DNA from: Ramlibacter sp.
GTDB taxonomy: Bacteria > Pseudomonadota > Gammaproteobacteria > Burkholderiales > Burkholderiaceae_C
NCBI GenBank assembly: GCA_035559095.1
Contig: DATMBW010000446.1
Coordinates: 1 to 32,478 of the forward strand
DNA: 32,478 nt
Direction of reading: 5' to 3'
Shown here: positions 30,465-32,478 of the stretch, in pieces
Layout: every line of letters starts with the position of its first letter
How positions within the stretch are numbered: position 1 is the first letter of the stretch
Notes under the pieces: generated by a model
The model's input: the letters and a program-made list of their open reading frames with translations, nothing else
What the model was told of the DNA's origin: nothing
The model's database searches: none
Translations under genes and position numbers: made by a program

Positions 30465-31366
30465 TGGATACTGCCACGCGCTGCGGCGCCATCGCCATTG
30501 TCGGCAAACCCAACGTCGGCAAATCGACCCTGCTGAACGCGCTGGTGGGCCAGAAGATCAGCATCACGTCACGCAAGGCACAGACGACCAGGCACCGGAT
30601 CACCGGCATTCGCACCATCGGCGCAGCGCAATTTGTCTTCGTCGACACGCCGGGCTTCCAGACCCGGCACGTCACGGCGCTGAACCGCTCGCTCAACAAG
30701 ACCGTGGTCGGCGCCGTGGCCGACGTCGACCTGGTGCTGTTCGTCGTCGAGGCCGGCAAGTTCACGCTGGGGGATGCCAAGGTCCTTGCCTTGCTCAAGG
30801 CGGAGGTGCCGGTACTGCTGGTTGCCAACAAGCTCGACCAGATTCATCGCCGCGGCGACCTCGCGCCGTGGCTGCGCGATATGCAGCAGCGCCACGCCTT
30901 CGCGGAGTTCGTGCCGATGTCGGCCAAGAACGCCAAGGACGTGGAGCGGCTGTTCGCGATCTGCGAGAAATACCTGCCCGAGCAGCCCTGGTGGTATGGG
31001 CCCGACGAGCTAACCGACAGGACCGAAAAGTTCCTGGCCGCCGAAACCGTGCGCGAAAAGCTGTTCCGCTTCACCGGCGACGAGCTGCCTTACACCTCGA
31101 CCGTCGTCATCGACAAATTCGAGGAAGAACCCAGTCCCAAGCACGGCCGCATGGTCCGGATCGCCGCGACCATCGTGGTCGAGCGAGAGGGCCACAAAGC
31201 CATGGTGATCGGCGAACAGGGCGAACGGCTCAAGCGCATCGGCACCGAGGCGCGCCAGGAGCTCGAAAAGCTGATGGACTGCAAGGTGTTCCTGCAAATC
31301 TGGGTTAAGGTGCGCACCGGATGGGCCGACGACGAGGCGCGCGTCAGGTCTTTCGGATATGAATAG
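30464..31366 (+). CDS. era: GTPase Era
   Basis: [24 protein letters not shown]-domain [10 protein letters not shown]; TGATG overlap with rnc. Confidence 0.98.
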   Translation: MDTATRCGAIAIVGKPNVGKSTLLNALVGQKISITSRKAQTTRHRITGIRTIGAAQFVFVDTPGFQTRHVTALNRSLNKTVVGAVADVDLVLFVVEAGKFTLGDAKVLALLKAEVPVLLVANKLDQIHRRGDLAPWLRDMQQRHAFAEFVPMSAKNAKDVERLFAICEKYLPEQPWWYGPDELTDRTEKFLAAETVREKLFRFTGDELPYTSTVVIDKFEEEPSPKHGRMVRIAATIVVEREGHKAMVIGEQGERLKRIGTEARQELEKLMDCKVFLQIWVKVRTGWADDEARVRSFGYE

Positions 31367-31379
31367 CAAATACGGACAC

Positions 31380-31486
31380 CCGTACGCGAAGGACGCGAAA
31401 ACCACGCGAAGGACGCGAAAAATTCATAATCCGTCAATGGTTTTCTTTCGCGTCCTTCGCGATTCCTTGGCATCCTTCGCGTACGG
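31380..31486. repeat. Long imperfect inverted repeat (REP/MITE-like) built from CGCGAAGGACGCGAA units
   Basis: 41-nt arms (31380-31420 and 31446-31486) match at 34/41 positions, 25-nt loop; the left arm holds an 18-bp direct repeat with a 20-bp period. Confidence 0.85.
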
Positions 31487-31508
31487 ATGTTTGTCTGCGG
31501 ATTGACCC

Positions 31509-32258
31509 GTGGTCCAGCGCACTTCCGACGAGCCTGCCTTCGTCCTGCACCGCTACGACTGGAGCGAATCCAGCCTGATCCTGGAAGTTTTCACGCGCCA
31601 TTACGGCCGGGTGGCGCTGGTGGCCAAGGGCGCCAAGAAACCGAGTTCCAGTTTTCGTCCCATCCTGCTGCCGTTGCAGCCGCTGCGGGTGGCCTTTGGC
31701 GGTGACGCGGAAATCCGCACGCTCAAAGCCGCGGAATGGGTAGGCGGGCAGGTCATGCCTACCGGCGACGCGCTGCTGTCGGGTTATTACCTCAACGAGC
31801 TGGTGCTGCGGCTGCTGGCGCGCGACGACCCGCATCCGGGCCTGTTCGATGCCTATACCTCGGCCGTCCAGGTGCTGGCATCCGAGCATGGCGAGGCGCT
31901 CCAGCCGGCGCTGCGCGCATTCGAGCTGGTGCTGCTGCGCGAAATCGGGCTGCTGCCCGTGCTGGACCTTCAGACGCTGGCGCTCGCGCCCCTGGCTGAC
32001 CACGAGCGCTACAGCCTGGTGCCCGAGGGCGGCCTGGTCCAGGCTGCCGGCGGCGATGGCCGTGCCAGCCTGAGCGGCAGCCAGTGGCGGGCCCTGCAGC
32101 GTGCGCTGGACGACGGCGCGCCGTTTTCCGCCACGTTGCGCCCATGCGCGCTGGTCGCATCCGAGCTCAAGCCGCAGCTGCGCACGCTCCTGAACTACCA
32201 TTGCGGGGTCTCGACGCTGCGCACCCGCCAGCTGATGATGGACCTGCAAGCCCTATGA
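31509..32258 (+). CDS. recO: DNA repair protein RecO
   Basis: [43 protein letters not shown]; rnc-era-recO-pdxJ synteny. Confidence 0.95.
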   Translation: MVQRTSDEPAFVLHRYDWSESSLILEVFTRHYGRVALVAKGAKKPSSSFRPILLPLQPLRVAFGGDAEIRTLKAAEWVGGQVMPTGDALLSGYYLNELVLRLLARDDPHPGLFDAYTSAVQVLASEHGEALQPALRAFELVLLREIGLLPVLDLQTLALAPLADHERYSLVPEGGLVQAAGGDGRASLSGSQWRALQRALDDGAPFSATLRPCALVASELKPQLRTLLNYHCGVSTLRTRQLMMDLQAL

Positions 32259-32478
32259 CTTCGCCATCCCGAACCGCGCTCTCCGTCAACCTCAACAAGG
32301 TCGCCCTGGTGCGCAACACCCGCCACCTGGGTATTCCCAGCGTCGAGCGCGCGGCCACCCTGTGCCTTCAGGCCGGGGCCAACGGCATCACCGTGCATCC
32401 CCGGCCCGACGGCCGCCATATCCGGGCGGACGACGTGCGCGCGCTGCACAGGTTGCTGCAATCCTGGCCCGGCGCCGA
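32255..32478 (+). CDS. pdxJ: Pyridoxine 5'-phosphate synthase (5' part, runs off window)
   Basis: Manual translation from ATG 32255 (ATGA overlap with recO): [15 protein letters not shown]...[16 protein letters not shown]. Confidence 0.92.
   Translation, partial: MTSPSRTALSVNLNKVALVRNTRHLGIPSVERAATLCLQAGANGITVHPRPDGRHIRADDVRALHRLLQSWPGA

Noticed and set aside
31380-31486. CRISPR array interpretation of the era-recO repeats
   Set aside because: Units are ~18 bp with 2-bp separation and inverted arrangement; there are no unique spacers and no cas genes.

Overview
GC-rich betaproteobacterial core-genome segment; gene order and protein style suggest Burkholderiales/Comamonadaceae (inference). 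It contains ppc divergent from hemC-hemD-hemX-hemY, then rne divergent from rluC-HAD-Rieske-S49 peptidase, and maf plus an RsmI-like methyltransferase divergent from yceD-rpmF-plsX-fabH-fabD-fabG-acpP-fabF. These are followed by a membrane-protein gene, rpoE-rseA-rseB-degP, and lepA-lepB-DUF4845-rnc-era-recO-pdxJ (truncated by the window). I see no transposase, phage, CRISPR, tRNA or rRNA. The interesting signals are intergenic. (1) Three degenerate copies of an 80-95 bp interspersed element sit at gene junctions inside operons. Each is flanked by an ATG-containing 4-bp direct repeat and encodes a 26-32 aa mini-ORF running from the upstream stop to the downstream start, a possible translational-coupling-preserving repeat system. 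(2) A different 107-bp hairpin element between era and recO also carries a bridging ORF. (3) An 11-bp-phased DnaA-box array, an IHF-like site and a terminator-like leader hairpin lie upstream of lepA. (4) There are compact bidirectional and possibly leaderless promoters.
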